This document shows, one piece after another, positions 37,642 to 51,277 of a DNA stretch of 64,000 nucleotides (position 1 is the stretch's first letter; each line of letters starts with the position of its first letter). The notes beneath the pieces were generated by a model. That model was given only the letters and a program-made list of their open reading frames with translations. It was not told the origin of the DNA and did not search any database. Origin of the DNA: Trypethelium eluteriae (lineage: Eukaryota); NCBI GenBank assembly GCA_051942245.1, contig JAVECL010000006.1, positions 1 to 64,000 on the forward strand, in the 5' to 3' direction. A program made the translations under genes and the position numbers.

Positions 37642-38162
37642 TAAGATGGAAAGTGTGTGCGCGCACTTCGCTTTCCGAAATCAGTTCTTTTTTTTTCTTT
37701 TTTGTTTCCTTCGTTTGTCTTTCTTTCTCTCCTCCCTTCCTCTCTTCCTTTTCTTTTCATATGATTCAAACATTACAGAACTACATAAAATCTAAAGAGA
37801 AGCCTTCACAGAGACCAGCAAGACCAGCGCGAGGATGAGAGGTCTAAGCGGAGATAAGAAAGAGGTCTACGCAGGGATCAGGAAACTAGCAGAGATTAGA
37901 AGTTACCTACACAGAGAATCTATAGTGTTAGTGGTAACAGTAGTAGCAGCTCATACAGGAAATTTGAGTTCTCGACAAATTTTGGTAGGGTCGAACATGG
38001 CACCTGCGGCTAAAGGACGCGGAACCTGAGAACTTGTGCAAAGCAGCGTGAGCAGGCGTGGCAGGTAGCGCGAGGAGCCGTAGAGCTTTAGCCGTGTCAG
38101 GGTCGGCATCAGTCAAAGCACTAAATGGACCACATGCCGAAGTCCTTTCCCCAGACCTGAAG

Positions 38163-38792
38163 ATGAATGTCCTCAAAAATCTCTTCAAGGAGGTGAGGTG
38201 AAGTCAGGCTGATCTTAGCCAGTGCTTATACTAATTTTCTGAAAAGGGTGCCGGCACGAGAGATGTCATCACTCTTTTCCACAAACCATCTGTCCCTTCC
38301 TCCGTTCGTGCGGTAACTCTCCTCAAACAAGCCAACGGAACTGCGCAATCGACTGCGACAGAAGATCAAGCTAGCTCTCATGACACTCATAGCAAAGCGC
38401 AGCGTACAGACTTTGATTTAGACATAACGGAAGCGGCCCCAACGAGCGATCAGTTCCAGAATATATTAGAATACATTGGGAAGCACAATGCAAGCAAGCT
38501 TATTCAAGGAGCGCGGGACGAGGCAGATGCTATAAAGAAGCTCAAAGAGGATGGAAATAGTTTCCAAAGACCTGTGGTGAGCTTAGCAATACCCGTTTCC
38601 GTCATGCATGAGCTGATTGACGATAATAGTTGGTGGACTGGAATAATGGGCGAGCAGGTAGGAACCCAGTGCTAGCTGGGAAATAAAACAGATAAGACGG
38701 CATTGCTGATAAGAGTTCTAGTTGCTGGTGACGATCACTCAGAAATTCTAAAGCTACTGCGGACGCTTCCAAAGGAGACTTCCTCTGCGTAA
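38163..38792 (+). CDS. FMP46: DUF1687/Fmp46-like thioredoxin-fold protein, 4 exons (missing from the ORF track)
   Basis: Spliced DVITLFHKPSVPSSVR...EAAPTSDQFQNILEY...FQRPVVVDWNNGRAV. Confidence 0.8.
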
Positions 38793-39461
38793 AATGTTGA
38801 CACTTGAAACCTTCGGTCATCCAACCATGTGTATTAGTAAAGCAATACATATTGAGCCATGAATATACTCTTCTCTCCCCCGAAAAGTAGCGTCAAAGGA
38901 AAAACGGAAAGGAGGGTTGAAGTCATGGATTCTCTGTGGAAAGGTCTCGTGATCCAAGATTTCGATGAATGCCTTTGTGCAACGTGAGTCTCCGTATAGG
39001 CGGTAGTGCTCATTCAGTTGGAGATATTCGTACGGTCTCGTGTTGACTGTAAGCCGTGCCCCGCAGTTTATGGTGATAATCAGCAAGTTCTTTGGTGTTT
39101 TGGTGTTTGGGTACGCGAACTGGCTTTCAAACGCGTTGACGCGACTGCCATAAGTGAGAGCCATTTGCAGTGTTCTTCCTCCATCTGGCGTCACTTTCCA
39201 CATACCTCACATACTTTGTCACTTCACGACCCACAACTTTCCTATTTCTACTCTACATGTGTACCCTTACTTTGACTTGCTCTTTGCTTTACTTGTGACG
39301 CACCGTCCCAGAAGCTGTTCTAGCTATCGTTACTCTGCTGCTTGATAGTAATCATCAAAGTCACTCCTTTGTGCTTTGGACGACTGCTTGCCGGGGCGAT
39401 ATCTCGTAGCTCAACAGGAGCTTTGCTTTGCAGCTCGACAATCTGACGCGCACAAGTAGCT

Positions 39462-42400
39462 ATGGATGCGTCCAAAGTCTCTGATACGGCTGCAAAAGCT
39501 GACGTCCACAAGACTGAAACGGCCGCTCCGACTTTCCTTGGCACGGCAATGTTTTCTACTAGATTTGGAGAACTTGCGCTGCGGTCTGCCTTTGAACCCA
39601 AGGTAAGCTCTCCGAGGGCGTGAAACGCACATTCACTAATCGCTCGCGTAGTGTGGCGCGATCGTTCGAAGCGCACCTGCCTTCGACAGCCAAAAAGCCG
39701 CTGAGCATTACCAGAACCTCTATCCGAAACAATGCAGAGACATCCTTCACAATTTTAAAATTCAGGACTGGTTTGACGAGCACGACATTCACCTCCATGG
39801 TAGTCGGTTTGTATGGAACGTGCTTTACAAAATTGCAACCAAAAATACGGCCGATATGGACGATTTCAACGTTCGGTGGAGCTCAGACAATTTTTCGAGG
39901 CTGCCAGAACTTTGCGAAGCAGTGACGATAGAACAAATATTCGGACATGCAGAACGTCAAGAGTATGGTGATATTTTCCTCGACTGTGCGCTGAAGCGCA
40001 TGCGTCATTCCCTCCAACAACTCTCTCAGCTACAGGGGAAATTGCCCTCTGATGACCAAACCCACGAGACTACGCAGAGTCTCTGGAGCGAGGACGAGCA
40101 AACTAATCAAGCTCGCATGGAGCAAATGCAAAGTGCGCAGGAGGCGGTTCGTACTGCCTTAACTACTGGACAAGGGAAACACCTGTTTGTCGACGATATG
40201 TGGAGCCGCTCTGATGCAGAAACTTCCACCAGTGCGGATCTTGCATGTACGAAAGGCAAAACTCCTCGTCGTTCTTCTTTCCATGGTACGTCGTCCCGTG
40301 ATCATTGTCAAGGAGATGTCCTTATGACTTCTATAGGTATCTCTAGAGTTCCTGCAGGCGAGTTCGTCATTCCAAGGAACCGACCAGTAGCCACAGAAGC
40401 GCCCACTCCACAACAAAACGAAGCTCTTGTCCCACAAGTACCTCAAAATGTTACGAATCAAATCTGGCGTGAACGCCTACAAGAACCGCGGCCTTCCTCT
40501 GCGGATGTCAGCTCAAGAACTGCCGGGATGGCTCCTACGACTTCCAAGCATAGCTCGCAATACCCAGAAGGCTCCACCTTTCAACGTCCCCCTCTACGCC
40601 CAGTGAGTCAAGGTCGTAGACCATCATCAAATTTGCGCGTGCAAGTCATGGAAGGAACCGAACAACCCCGTGCCACGCCATATCGCTCACTGAACGAGGT
40701 TGTCCACCAACAAGCTCCTGCTTTTGGTCAACTTGCACAAGGTGGACTGCAGAATTCACCTGTCACGTACACCGTGGATGGACGTTTGATGATGCCGTCC
40801 GGTCGGGCTACTCAACCTCATTTCCAACCATCTCTCCATGCGCCCGGGTTTTTGCCCTTTTCGCCGTCGCACAACCAGACCATTAGCCCTGCACATTCGC
40901 GGCAAATGACACCAGTCCCCCATCTGACTCCTTTCCAATTATATGGCGAGCAGTTCGAGCCCGGGAGATTAGAACACCAACCTAGCCACACTTACGATGG
41001 ACCATCGCTGTATTCTACAAGATCTCTGCCACCCGATCGATATAACGCAGGAGCGAGGCGGGAAAAGCTTCCCAAGCAATGGCTCGCTCAAACCGCATCT
41101 CACGAATCGTCTACGAAGCAAATGCAGCACGACTATAAGAACCAGAACCAGCCAATCTCGCCAGTCTTTTATCCATATGGCGGCCAAGGCAAGGGCATTA
41201 CTCGTAAAGATAGCAATACAACGCAACGATTTCATCGCAGTCGATCTGATTCAGTGGAACCCTTCCCTCCTTTCTACGACCCTACGTTTCCTCCGACTTT
41301 CCATCAGACAGATCATCAGTTGATTGGATCGCTTAACTTGGAAGACTTTACGTGCACTTCTCAATCAATTGGTCGTCTGAGAGAGGATGTCTGCAGTCTA
41401 TGGGTTGCCGATTTTCCGGAAGAGATCACCAACGATATGCTTGCGAATGTTTTTGATTCAGTGGCACAGATTCGAGCCGTGCACATGAAGGGTAAACGTC
41501 GTTTCAACGATCTACGATTTGGTTTCATAGAGTTGGTAAAGCCCTACCTCTCGTCAGTGATATTGCTAACATCTTACAGCTTCACTTCTGGAAGTGAAGC
41601 TAGAAAGGCTCTTAGCGCGTATAATGAGGGCCGTTTGCGACTTCATTTCCCTATGGATGTCCGTGTTCCCGAGCAGCATTGCAGAAACAACCATCCAAAT
41701 TACATGCCCCCAGAAGTTTATGCAGCACAATACCAAATCTCTATGCGGGAGGGACTATCTACGCTGCCTCCGCCGGGGTCCCCTTGGTTAGGACGGCGGC
41801 TGTCGAGCTCGTTTCAGCAAGGGCGTGAGTCCAACTACCGTCGTTCGTTCGGTTCCTCCGGCCGACGAGCATCGTTTGGCAGACACTCTCGAGTCGAAGA
41901 ACAGAAGACACGCGAAGGCTACAGGCGATATTCACCACAGGATGCTCGCAGCGGCGACTTACACGGTTCTCAGATCGTGATGAATAAATTGTCTATTTCT
42001 GAGGATGTCAACCAAGAGCCTAACACTACTGAGCCTACTAATTCAGATAAACTGAAGGAGAGTACTCGAAGCTCGAAATCGTCTGGTGGAGTTACCCCAA
42101 AGAGAAAAAAGAAAGGTCGACTCGGCAATGAGAGCTTTACCCAATCTCCCACAAAGACAATTCGCCAAGAAACAAGCGGATGTACTTCTGATACAGTCAC
42201 GTCTTCTCAGAGTTCCCGGGATCAGGGAAACCTTTCGAAAGGTCCTGGCTCTGGTATTATCGCTGATCCTGGAGCTACGGCTATTGTCGAGGAACCACTG
42301 AGCATCCCAGAGGAAAACGATCCTGACCTCACCAATTCTACCACAGAAGATGAAAACGTCCCTTCATCTTTTGGTCCTGTGGACTACGAATCGAAGCTCA

Positions 42401-44891
42401 AGGGAGAGCCGACAATTCCCTGGAGCAGCGGCGATATCACCATTCAAGAGTTGCGAGCAAGCTCCACAGAAATCTCTCATACGGCAGAGTCCGAGGATTC
42501 CCCATTCGCTTTGTCCAAAACTCCTACTCGAATGACTGAAACACTCAAACACGGTGCCACAGCTCAGATTACTGGACAGATGGTAGCTAGCAGTACCATA
42601 GCTCCTGCCGAATCTGAAATGCGTGATACCAGAGCTGAGAGTCGAGTTGATAAGGCTGTGTTTGCCGTCGATACGGGGGCTGGGCTGATTGATGCTGCTT
42701 CCAATATCCAAGTAGAACACGCAAGTCAACCAACATCAGAAACACAATTCACTTCTCTAGAGCTTGGCAAAGAATTATTCCAAGCATCTAGGGTTGACTT
42801 TGAACCAGCTGATGTTCCCATGCAGAGGAAAACTAACTCCGGAGTAGTGAGCTCGAAAAAAATTGTCGGTACTGGGCTCGAAGTTACCGCACCGCAGCCG
42901 AAAGCCAACCCATTGGTCCACAAACAAGGTCCAGCGCAAACTGAGTCTCTGTCGCCATTCGGTCGCAAGAAGCCGGTGAAGCAGCAAGCGAAAAAAGAGA
43001 GCAAGAAGAAGAATAAATTGAAGGGAAAAGGCAAAGGAAAGGCACAGCTCTCGGCGCCTACTGCGCCATCGGATCCGGTATCTGAAAGCTCTCGTGGAAG
43101 CCGTGCGGTCTCTTCGGACTCCTATCATACAGCGGATGAGCCTGACAATGATCGCTTTGAAGACGGTAAGAGCGATGATGCCGTTCTGCAAGGCGATTCT
43201 TCGGATACTCTACAGGGGGATGTTTCCGGTACCACGTCCGGTTTACAGACTGCTACAGATGTTGGGTCGCCCGCTTTATCTGTGGCAGGGCGCCAAGATA
43301 GCATGTTTGCAACAGATCCGGAACCGCCTGATAACATAGAGGACGGGGCGGGCGTTATGTCTTCTGCCGTAGCAATGGCGGTGCAGCTTCATGACCGTGG
43401 TCGAGACGAAATCACAGAGAAGGTTCTAGCAACGGTGACTAACGTTTTGGCAGCGTCCCGTGACAAGTCCCCAAAGACAGAGTCTGGTGGTGGGCAGGAC
43501 TATCAAAATGATCCCTCTTCCACCACTGGGTCGAGGGGCGAACCACATCCTCTTCTTCACCACGTGCCACATGCTGCCACTAGCGAAGCTCAAAAAGCTG
43601 AACCACCAAGCACATATACAGGGTCTCCGCATTCCCATGACAACTCTCCGGAGTCCAGCGGAGTGGTCATCACGACGGTGCAGCCTTCTACTTCAATGCC
43701 AGTTGTGTCCGAAAAGCGTAGGCCACCACGTCTAGAACTCTCAGACATTACGAATTTATCTTCTGCATCAGGCAAGGCGCCTGCCAAAGAGGCAGCTCGC
43801 AATACTAGTCCGTCCGTACAGCGCAGTCCTCCTCCCAATCCAGGTACGGAGGAAACGGCTACGACCCCACCACAGAAGAAAAAGAGAAATACGCAGAAGA
43901 AGAAGAAAAAGCAACGAGTAAGTGAAGAGAGTGAGACGAGTAAGACAGAAGGTTCTCCAGGATCTGCTCAGTATAGCGTCCCATCGACGAGCTATCCACC
44001 GTTACATCATGCCGCAAGCACTACTGTAGTCGGAATATGGAGCGCGAGTGCCACTAAGAGCCTACAGCCTTCCGCTAACACCGAAAAGGCTACAGTGTCG
44101 GAGGGGTTAGCATCTCTAGATACGGCAAAATCTGTTCAAGGCTACAGTAGCCAGAAGTCGCCCACCATTTCGGAAGAACGAGGCAAGGATCAGCAGCAAT
44201 CTATCCAGGGCGAATATGAGGAATCGGTGGGAAAAGTACAGAAGCAATCATTGGAAGAGCAAGGGTCTCGGCCCAGTGTTACGGTAGGTGTTCTAGATCC
44301 ATGGAAGTACCTGTGATTGACTTTCTGAGATAGACGAGCGAGTCGTCCACAGTGGAAATAGAAGAAACTTTCGAGCCGCTCGGAAACATATCGGGTACGC
44401 GTGTGCTAACGGACGAAGTGTACGCTGCGGATCCGATTCGTTCCGAAGATACGATATACGGGGAGCAAACAGGGAGAAGCGAAGAAATGTGCGTTTCAGG
44501 AATGGAAAAGAAGAAAAATAACCCTTGGGCAACGAGTCCCATGATACCAAAGGTGCCCTTCCATGCCATTCAAGCAGATGATGAAGCAAAGAAAGAGGAA
44601 GAAAAGGCTGAGAAGCTTAGGACTAAGGGACAGAAGGGTAAAGAGTCAGCTGCGGAAGTTGCAGTAGAAGAGAAGAGTGAGATGGAGAGAGAGATTACGG
44701 GGACTGCGCAAGACGCAGAATGGACCAAGGTGGAGAAAGGCAAGGCACCAGCCAAAAAACTCTACAAAGGATGGGAAACACAGAATCAAGGCAAGGTCGC
44801 CGGAGAGATTGAAGACGTGAAACGAGCTAATGCATTTACACAGACGGGAAAATCTAAGTGCGCTTATGGTGGGGCATATTGCAAGAGATGA
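39462..44891 (+). CDS. Large low-complexity protein with one RRM-like domain and Lys-rich NLS-like patches
   Basis: 1498 aa ORF plus flanking exons (introns at ~39603-39651, ~41532-41579, ~44284-44333); RNP-like SLWVADF and RFGFI. Confidence 0.7.
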
Positions 44892-45009
44892 TAGCATAGC
44901 ATTTGCTCCGAGTTCTCTGCAAGATCATGCCAAGTCAGAAGCCAGATCATTGAAGACTAGAAGCGCTCAAGCGTTTCACTCCAGAGCTTGACTAATACCG
45001 AGGCACCCG

Positions 45010-45282
45010 TCAATCATTTACGCGCATTCTCCACCAGTCTCGCTGGACCCTTGTGGCCATAGCCCTCGTGGCATCCTTCTGCTTCATCTCCAGAGCATCA
45101 AGCGCCTTGCGATCTTGAAGGGACAAGACGGACATCAATGCAAGACTCGATGAGATGGGGGATATGCATCTGAAGGACCCAGATGGTGGGTTAGGTGCAT
45201 TGAAGACCTCCAGTGGATGAATATTGCAATGGCGGAAGTGTGAATCAATGGAGTGAAACAAATCCGTGATGTAGATAGCCAT
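45010..45282 (-). CDS. Hypothetical small protein
   Basis: ATG-initiated 90 aa ORF with a TATA-like element ~50 nt upstream; no recognisable family. Confidence 0.3.
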   Translation of the reverse strand: MAIYITDLFHSIDSHFRHCNIHPLEVFNAPNPPSGSFRCISPISSSLALMSVLSLQDRKALDALEMKQKDATRAMATRVQRDWWRMRVND

Positions 45283-45737
45283 ACTCGGATAGGTGGCAAT
45301 GATTACCTGCCTTCAGCTGCGCGCGCTCTGTGATATATAAAAACCAGGGGATGTTGACCCCTTGTGTGCCTGAGTTTCTGGGATCAGTGCACGAGTGATG
45401 CCAAACCGATCTCGTGAGGCAGCTCCAGCAACGCTGGCAAACTCAACATAACTTACATTTCCTACTTCCTAGGGATCCCCGAGCTTTGCGCCTTCCAGAG
45501 CAAGAAGTCTCTCATGATCCAACTTGCATAAAGTTCACGATGTTCAATTCTATGCCATCCGCGATGATTCAACTGGCCTAGCGACAATATACATATCATA
45601 CTTTCCCTTAGATTGCTGGGCTGAGCGACTGTCCTACTCAGCGAAAATACATGAGTTAACTTACAAAGTACTCCGTAGGTACTCCGTACCTTACAAATCA
45701 CTACAGAAAGCACGGAAAGGTCGGCGAATTCAGGGGC

Positions 45738-45836
45738 TGAGTGAGGCAGCGAGGGTGGGCGGGTGGCGTGAGTGGCGTGAGTGGGTTGAGTGGGTGAGTG
45801 GGTGCGTGGGTGAGTGCACCGAGTGGGTGGAGGGGG
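45738..45836 (+). repeat. Degenerate G-rich tandem repeat (GAGTGGGT-like)
   Basis: Repeated gagtgg(g/c)(g)t units read directly. Confidence 0.75.
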
Positions 45837-47222
45837 TGCCGAGGTCCCGGAGATCGGAGGAAAGCTTGGCGCCTTAGCGTCGTCAGCACCCGGGGTTTGT
45901 CATACGGTAGACCAGTTTCGGCTATAGATGCCGTTGGGTCCCTGAAGGTGATCGATGTTACGTACAGAAGCGAGATGAACGCCGTCTTTGCATGTTTGCC
46001 AACAGCAACCCAACCACCAACCACGACTCACTCCGAATCTCCCTACAAATCTCCCTACAAATCCGAGCCGTCTCAATCCAATCACCACCGACTCGTACGG
46101 AAACTGCCTGAGCATTCGTCCGATTGAAATGATGCTGTTAGATAATCGTCAGCTATTAGCTTTACCCGCCCAATTATCCATCAAGCAAGACTTTGAGGAC
46201 AGGCCTATTGTATTTCGAGGTTGGAAGTTCAGCTCCCGCTCTTACCTCTGCGCTATCTACGCGCCAAAGAATCTTGTCCATTGAAGCCGCGTAAACGACC
46301 TCGATGCATACCTAGCTACCCGTGATCTGGTCATCGTCTACAACATCAAGCAAAGACCCTCGGCAGGTGAAACCTGGGGAAGCCTGCAGAGTAAGAAGCT
46401 ACAGTGCAAGATCATGTTGGTCAATCCGAGCTCCATCCCCCAGGACGAATCCTTCCCAAAAACCGTCCGGAGAATAATCGGGAATAGGCTTGGCGCATCG
46501 TGCCTTGCATTGGTGTGAAATACGTTCCAAATGAAAATTTGGACGCAACTGCTTGCGTCTTCTTAACCACCTTCGATCACACTCCGGCGTCTCGCTCAGG
46601 TGGCTGACAACGCCACCTCTGAAAAGAGCAGCTCGCGTTCAAAGCGCGCTTCCTCCCATCACTCCTTCCCGCTGTCATCATGCTGCTACTCTACATATCG
46701 GGCTTAGAGAATTCTTGAAGCTAAGTTATCGGCAGCATCCATTGGACGTGCCCTGAACGGGGGAGCTCGGAGATGGCCTACATCTGTGACTTCGAATGGA
46801 GAAGGTCATTTTCTGTTGCCCCGTTCCCTCTACTACTATTCTTCACATCTCCTAGATCCTGCATACTCCGATCACGTTCCCCATCTCCTTTGCTGCCAAC
46901 ATTAGGGCGATGTAACCCAATCTTATTTAACAGGCTGGGGTACCAGGCTTGTAGATGTGCGTACGCCCTGAGATGCTGCAACAGTGCAGTAAATGTAGAG
47001 TAAAATATAAGCCCTTAGGAGCCATGACTGCGTGTTTCTGTATCTCCCAAAGATTTCTTTCTTTCCCCTCATTCTTTTTACTCCTGTCTTCTTTGAAGAC
47101 AAGCCATTCTTTTTGGACACTCTTTTTAACAAAAACCGTTTGCTATTCAGCCAACAGTCCGTTCTTTCGTTCTGTTGGCAAAGTTGGTCTTATCAATAAG
47201 CAAATAAATCTATTCATTCATT

Positions 47223-48533
47223 ATGCGTGCCTTTTCGACCCTTCTCTTTGGTACGCTGGCTGGTCTCATTGGCCATGCTCTAGCTGCCCCATTGATCGTG
47301 TCTCCTGGAACTGCCAGCGATGTTGTTATTACTCAGGAAAACACCGTGAACACAACCGAAGCCGTCAGCAACTCCACTGGAAGTAGCCCCACACAGCAAC
47401 TCAAAATCAACATGGTGAACAACTTTGCTGGAAGCGTCAACGCCTACGTAACGGGTTTAGACTCTAACGACCAGCTTGTCGTGCTCCAGACTGACGGGAC
47501 CTGGCTATATCCGAACGCGAATGGCGCCAGTGTACCCCAGCCCATTACCGGTAACATAGCTCTGCCTCTTGGTGGGCAAGGGAGTACCACTACTATCACC
47601 CTGCCTGACTATATTTCTTCTGGTCGTATTTGGTTCGCAGCTAATGGTGACTTACAATTCTTCGTCGTGGAATCGGGAACAGGGGGCTCCTCACTTGTCG
47701 AACCATCTTCAGCAAATCCTCATGACCCAAGCGCAGCAGTCAATTGGGGATTTGTCGAGCTCACCAACACCGAGGATGATGGCCTATTTGCCAATATTAG
47801 CTACGTGGACTTCGTTGGCCTCCCACTAGGAATGTCGCTCTCGGGAGGCGGAGGACTTCAAACCGCTCAGGGCTTGCCCGCGAATGCTGTTAGCTCAATC
47901 TGTAACGACTTGAAAGCGCAAGCTGACTCGGACGGCCAGCCCTGGGATCAACTTTGTGTTACTGATGTCAATGGAAACCCTCTCCGTGTGATTGCTCCTA
48001 GCGACTATTCCTCGGTCAACTCAGACGCATTTAGCAACTACTGGACCGACTATATCAACCAAGTCTGGCAGAAATATAGCAGTCAGCCTTTGACAATCAA
48101 TACTCAGGTGTCTGCCGGTGACGTGCAGTGCACTGTCTCCGATGGACTCCTAAACTGCAATGGAGACAACCGTGGTTATGCTCAGCCTATTGCTTCCGAC
48201 ATTTGGGGCTGTAACAGCGGGCCGTTCGCCATCGAAGCTGGCGATAATGATGTTCACCGAGCCGTTGTTCCGCGTCTGTGCGCGGCATTTGACCGTAGCA
48301 CTCTCTTGCTCGCCGGTGGAAACACGCAGCCTGGTCTGGGCTCGAGTGCCTATTATACGGTTTCTCCAACGAATTTCTACAGTAAATTCATTCACCAATA
48401 TGAGTTAGATGGAAGAGGCTATGCATTCCCTTATGACGATGTCAATCCTGACGGCGCCAGCAATGCCTCAGGAGAGCTCTCTGATGGCACTCCATCCAGT
48501 CTCACCGTTACTGTTGGTGGTCCATCTTCGTGA
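47223..48533 (+). CDS. Secreted GH64 beta-1,3-glucanase
   Basis: Signal peptide; SGRIWF, NWGFVELT, ANISYVDFVG, GRGYAFPYDDV. Confidence 0.9.
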   Translation: MRAFSTLLFGTLAGLIGHALAAPLIVSPGTASDVVITQENTVNTTEAVSNSTGSSPTQQLKINMVNNFAGSVNAYVTGLDSNDQLVVLQTDGTWLYPNANGASVPQPITGNIALPLGGQGSTTTITLPDYISSGRIWFAANGDLQFFVVESGTGGSSLVEPSSANPHDPSAAVNWGFVELTNTEDDGLFANISYVDFVGLPLGMSLSGGGGLQTAQGLPANAVSSICNDLKAQADSDGQPWDQLCVTDVNGNPLRVIAPSDYSSVNSDAFSNYWTDYINQVWQKYSSQPLTINTQVSAGDVQCTVSDGLLNCNGDNRGYAQPIASDIWGCNSGPFAIEAGDNDVHRAVVPRLCAAFDRSTLLLAGGNTQPGLGSSAYYTVSPTNFYSKFIHQYELDGRGYAFPYDDVNPDGASNASGELSDGTPSSLTVTVGGPSS

Positions 48534-48810
48534 AGGGACTTTCTGCATGGAACAAAAGGATAGACAACAAATGACTTGTTCTGATGCCCATGGAGAAATT
48601 ATTTGTACATAGTTTTCTTTAAGTCTACCTGCCGATTTGCATTTTTATGTAAATATCTAATTGAATTTCATCTACCCATACGCCTCACCACCCCTACGAA
48701 CGGCTCTCAACGTATATTATACAAAACATACACCAACATCTTCTAGGTAGCATGATATGAACGGCAATGACTCTTTTTATGCTGAGCCCAGCACCTGAGC
48801 GACCTGTCGG

Positions 48811-50169
48811 TCATCTGAACAATTCTTCTTCAAGGCAGTCATAGCCCACTAATTTTGTATCGCTGCCGCTGCTAGTACGTGTTGAGGGAGGTGCGCGACT
48901 CTGGAAAGCATTATTGCCATCGTGGCTATGATTGTTGTTGAGCGCGCTGTCCCCATCGCCTGTGCCGTCTTTTTGTGGACGAGTTTTGCGCATCTTTGAG
49001 CGAAGGCTAGACATCTTGAGCGAGTCGGACAAGTGATTTGATGACGTTCGGGACTGGTATGCGTCGGCTGCACGTCTGAACAGGCTCGGTGTTGGGGGGA
49101 GGCAAGCGGCAACGAGGTAAGCAGTTGGTTCGACCAGGCTGAGAATTTCCGCATTGTTGGCAGCACCTGTAAAGTTGCTTCTGATTAGCGAATGACTTTC
49201 TTTTGCTCTAAATTCAAGTCGCGAGATACTCAATATGTGCAAGGAACAGAACTCCCTTACTTTCACTCCGTGGAAAAAAGAATGCCCACCTAACCGCTGA
49301 TCCTGCTAGGCCGATTATTCCAGTGGAGAAGATGATCACCAATCCAAATCGCCTCGCTTTACTCGCATGTAATGTCCATACAGTTTTGATCGGAAGGGCT
49401 AGCATGATGACATCGCTGATAATGTTTGGCGGGTTATAGGCAAGGGCTAGGGCACGGCCATGGATGTGCTTCGGGCTGACATTCTGTTGAATAGCGCTAT
49501 AAGACGTGCAATCGGACAGGATGCATCCAAGTACCGTCAGGATTGTAAAAGTAATGCAGTTGAGGATGAGAAACCATACTACCAACCAAGTCACTAGACG
49601 AAGGCTGGGTTGGGCAAAGATTCGGAGGTATAGAGCACCGAGAGACAGTTTGGGAAATGTGGTTGCTGCAGAGTAGAGAAGCGTCCCGATATAGCCATCC
49701 CTAATGGAAATGGATATATCGTAGATGGTCTGATCCGGAGTTTCAAGAGAATTAAGGCTGTTGATACTCGCTTTCGCCGCGACTGCAATGAAACGTTCGT
49801 CAGTACTAGTATCAAAGTATTCTTTCCGCATGTCAGGATTACTCATGCAAACCCCCTGCCTTGTTCGAGATCAACTAAAAGTAATCAAAAGCAATGGAAG
49901 GCATTGGTCACCTGTTTCCATTTCTTATACGGACTCAGGAAAGACATACCTATCCAGGTCACCCCAATTACTACATTAGTGACCAACCCGAGGAAGGCCA
50001 TTACTCCATCCCATCCAATCCATGTCCAAACCGACTGTCGTCCACGTGAGCACCATTGAGATGCGAAGCGTAAGGTAAAGAAGACGATTGAGATGACCAG
50101 CAGTGCGATATACCATTCAATCTGGACTGCATATGGGCGAGTGGCGTCCGTGTCAGGACCGGAGGACAT
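48811..50169 (-). CDS. PTH11-like rhodopsin-domain integral membrane protein
   Basis: GWDG, PKLSLGALYLRIF, NIISDVIMLALPI..VWTL, VEP...LVAACLP; multi-exon, exact splicing uncertain. Confidence 0.75.
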
Positions 50170-51277
50170 ACTGTGGAGTCCAATGATAGATGTATCTTTC
50201 TCTTTCAGCTAATGAAAGACTGAGCCTCAATCAATGGGGACAATCAGAGTTGTTTCGCCGACGATGGCTACAAGTTGCTTCTGAGATCGAAAAGGGGTTT
50301 TGGCTGCGAAGCTTGTAATATGCTCTAGCATACGAGGTCAAGGCCTTGGCCAGAGACGCTGCATATACTATACTCGAAATCACAAGTTATTGCCGTATCC
50401 ACGTGAAAACGATCCTTCCTCACTGCCTTCCAAATAAAATGTAGCCACGAACTCCATACCTCCCCAGTCAGCTCAGTGATATACGAGAGATCTAGTGATG
50501 GGATCTGAAACCTAAAGCTCTGGCTAGGAGAAACTGTAGAGGCGGCTGATCGTGTCCCATGATGTGCTCCTGTGTGATATGAGCTCAGTCTCCCTGCAGA
50601 TTAGGGCAGGCTTCAAAAACAGTTAGCCTCGGACTGATGCTCGGCCAAGTCTTGCGACGAAGAGAAGGAGAAAGGTGATCACTGCCGCTTAATTACAGCA
50701 CCGCCAATAGATAGATGAACTCTATGTGATTTCAGTAAATGAAGATTTGGCGCGAGGCACGGGCTACCGAAAGCTTGCGGTGGTGGACAGCCAGTCAAAG
50801 GACCTTGGACCTGCTTAATCAATGGTTTCTCACTGTGAGCCATATCGTAGAGCTTTAGACAGAGTTTGCCAATTACGCCACCTATGATTTTAGTGTGCGC
50901 ATAGTTGTGATAAAACTTGGAGTCACCTTGCTGGAAGGTGCGAAGCCTTTGAATCGGCGTAGCTGGACACAATTGTGCGACCATATTGGGGTTTTGCATG
51001 TGGACTGTCATGCAAGAAAGAGCAAAATCTAGATTGGATCTGGAGTCTCATTGCTTAGCTGAAGAAGCTGAGCGATGGTCTGACGAATGGCCGTGGCTTA
51101 CTAGAATACACCGAGCTGCTGCATGATGTCATGCGGAAACGTGAACCAACAAAACCGTATTCAACCATATCTAATCTTTTCCTATTTTCTTTAGTTATCG
51201 CAGGAGAAGTCTGTCCTATCGATTTGCATCTTATCTCGTATTTGACTCATGCTCGACCTTTAGCTCTGACCATACTT

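Noticed and set aside
38817..39203. 128 aa minus-strand ORF between FMP46 and the RRM gene
   Set aside because: No motif support; could be an orphan gene but unsupported from sequence alone
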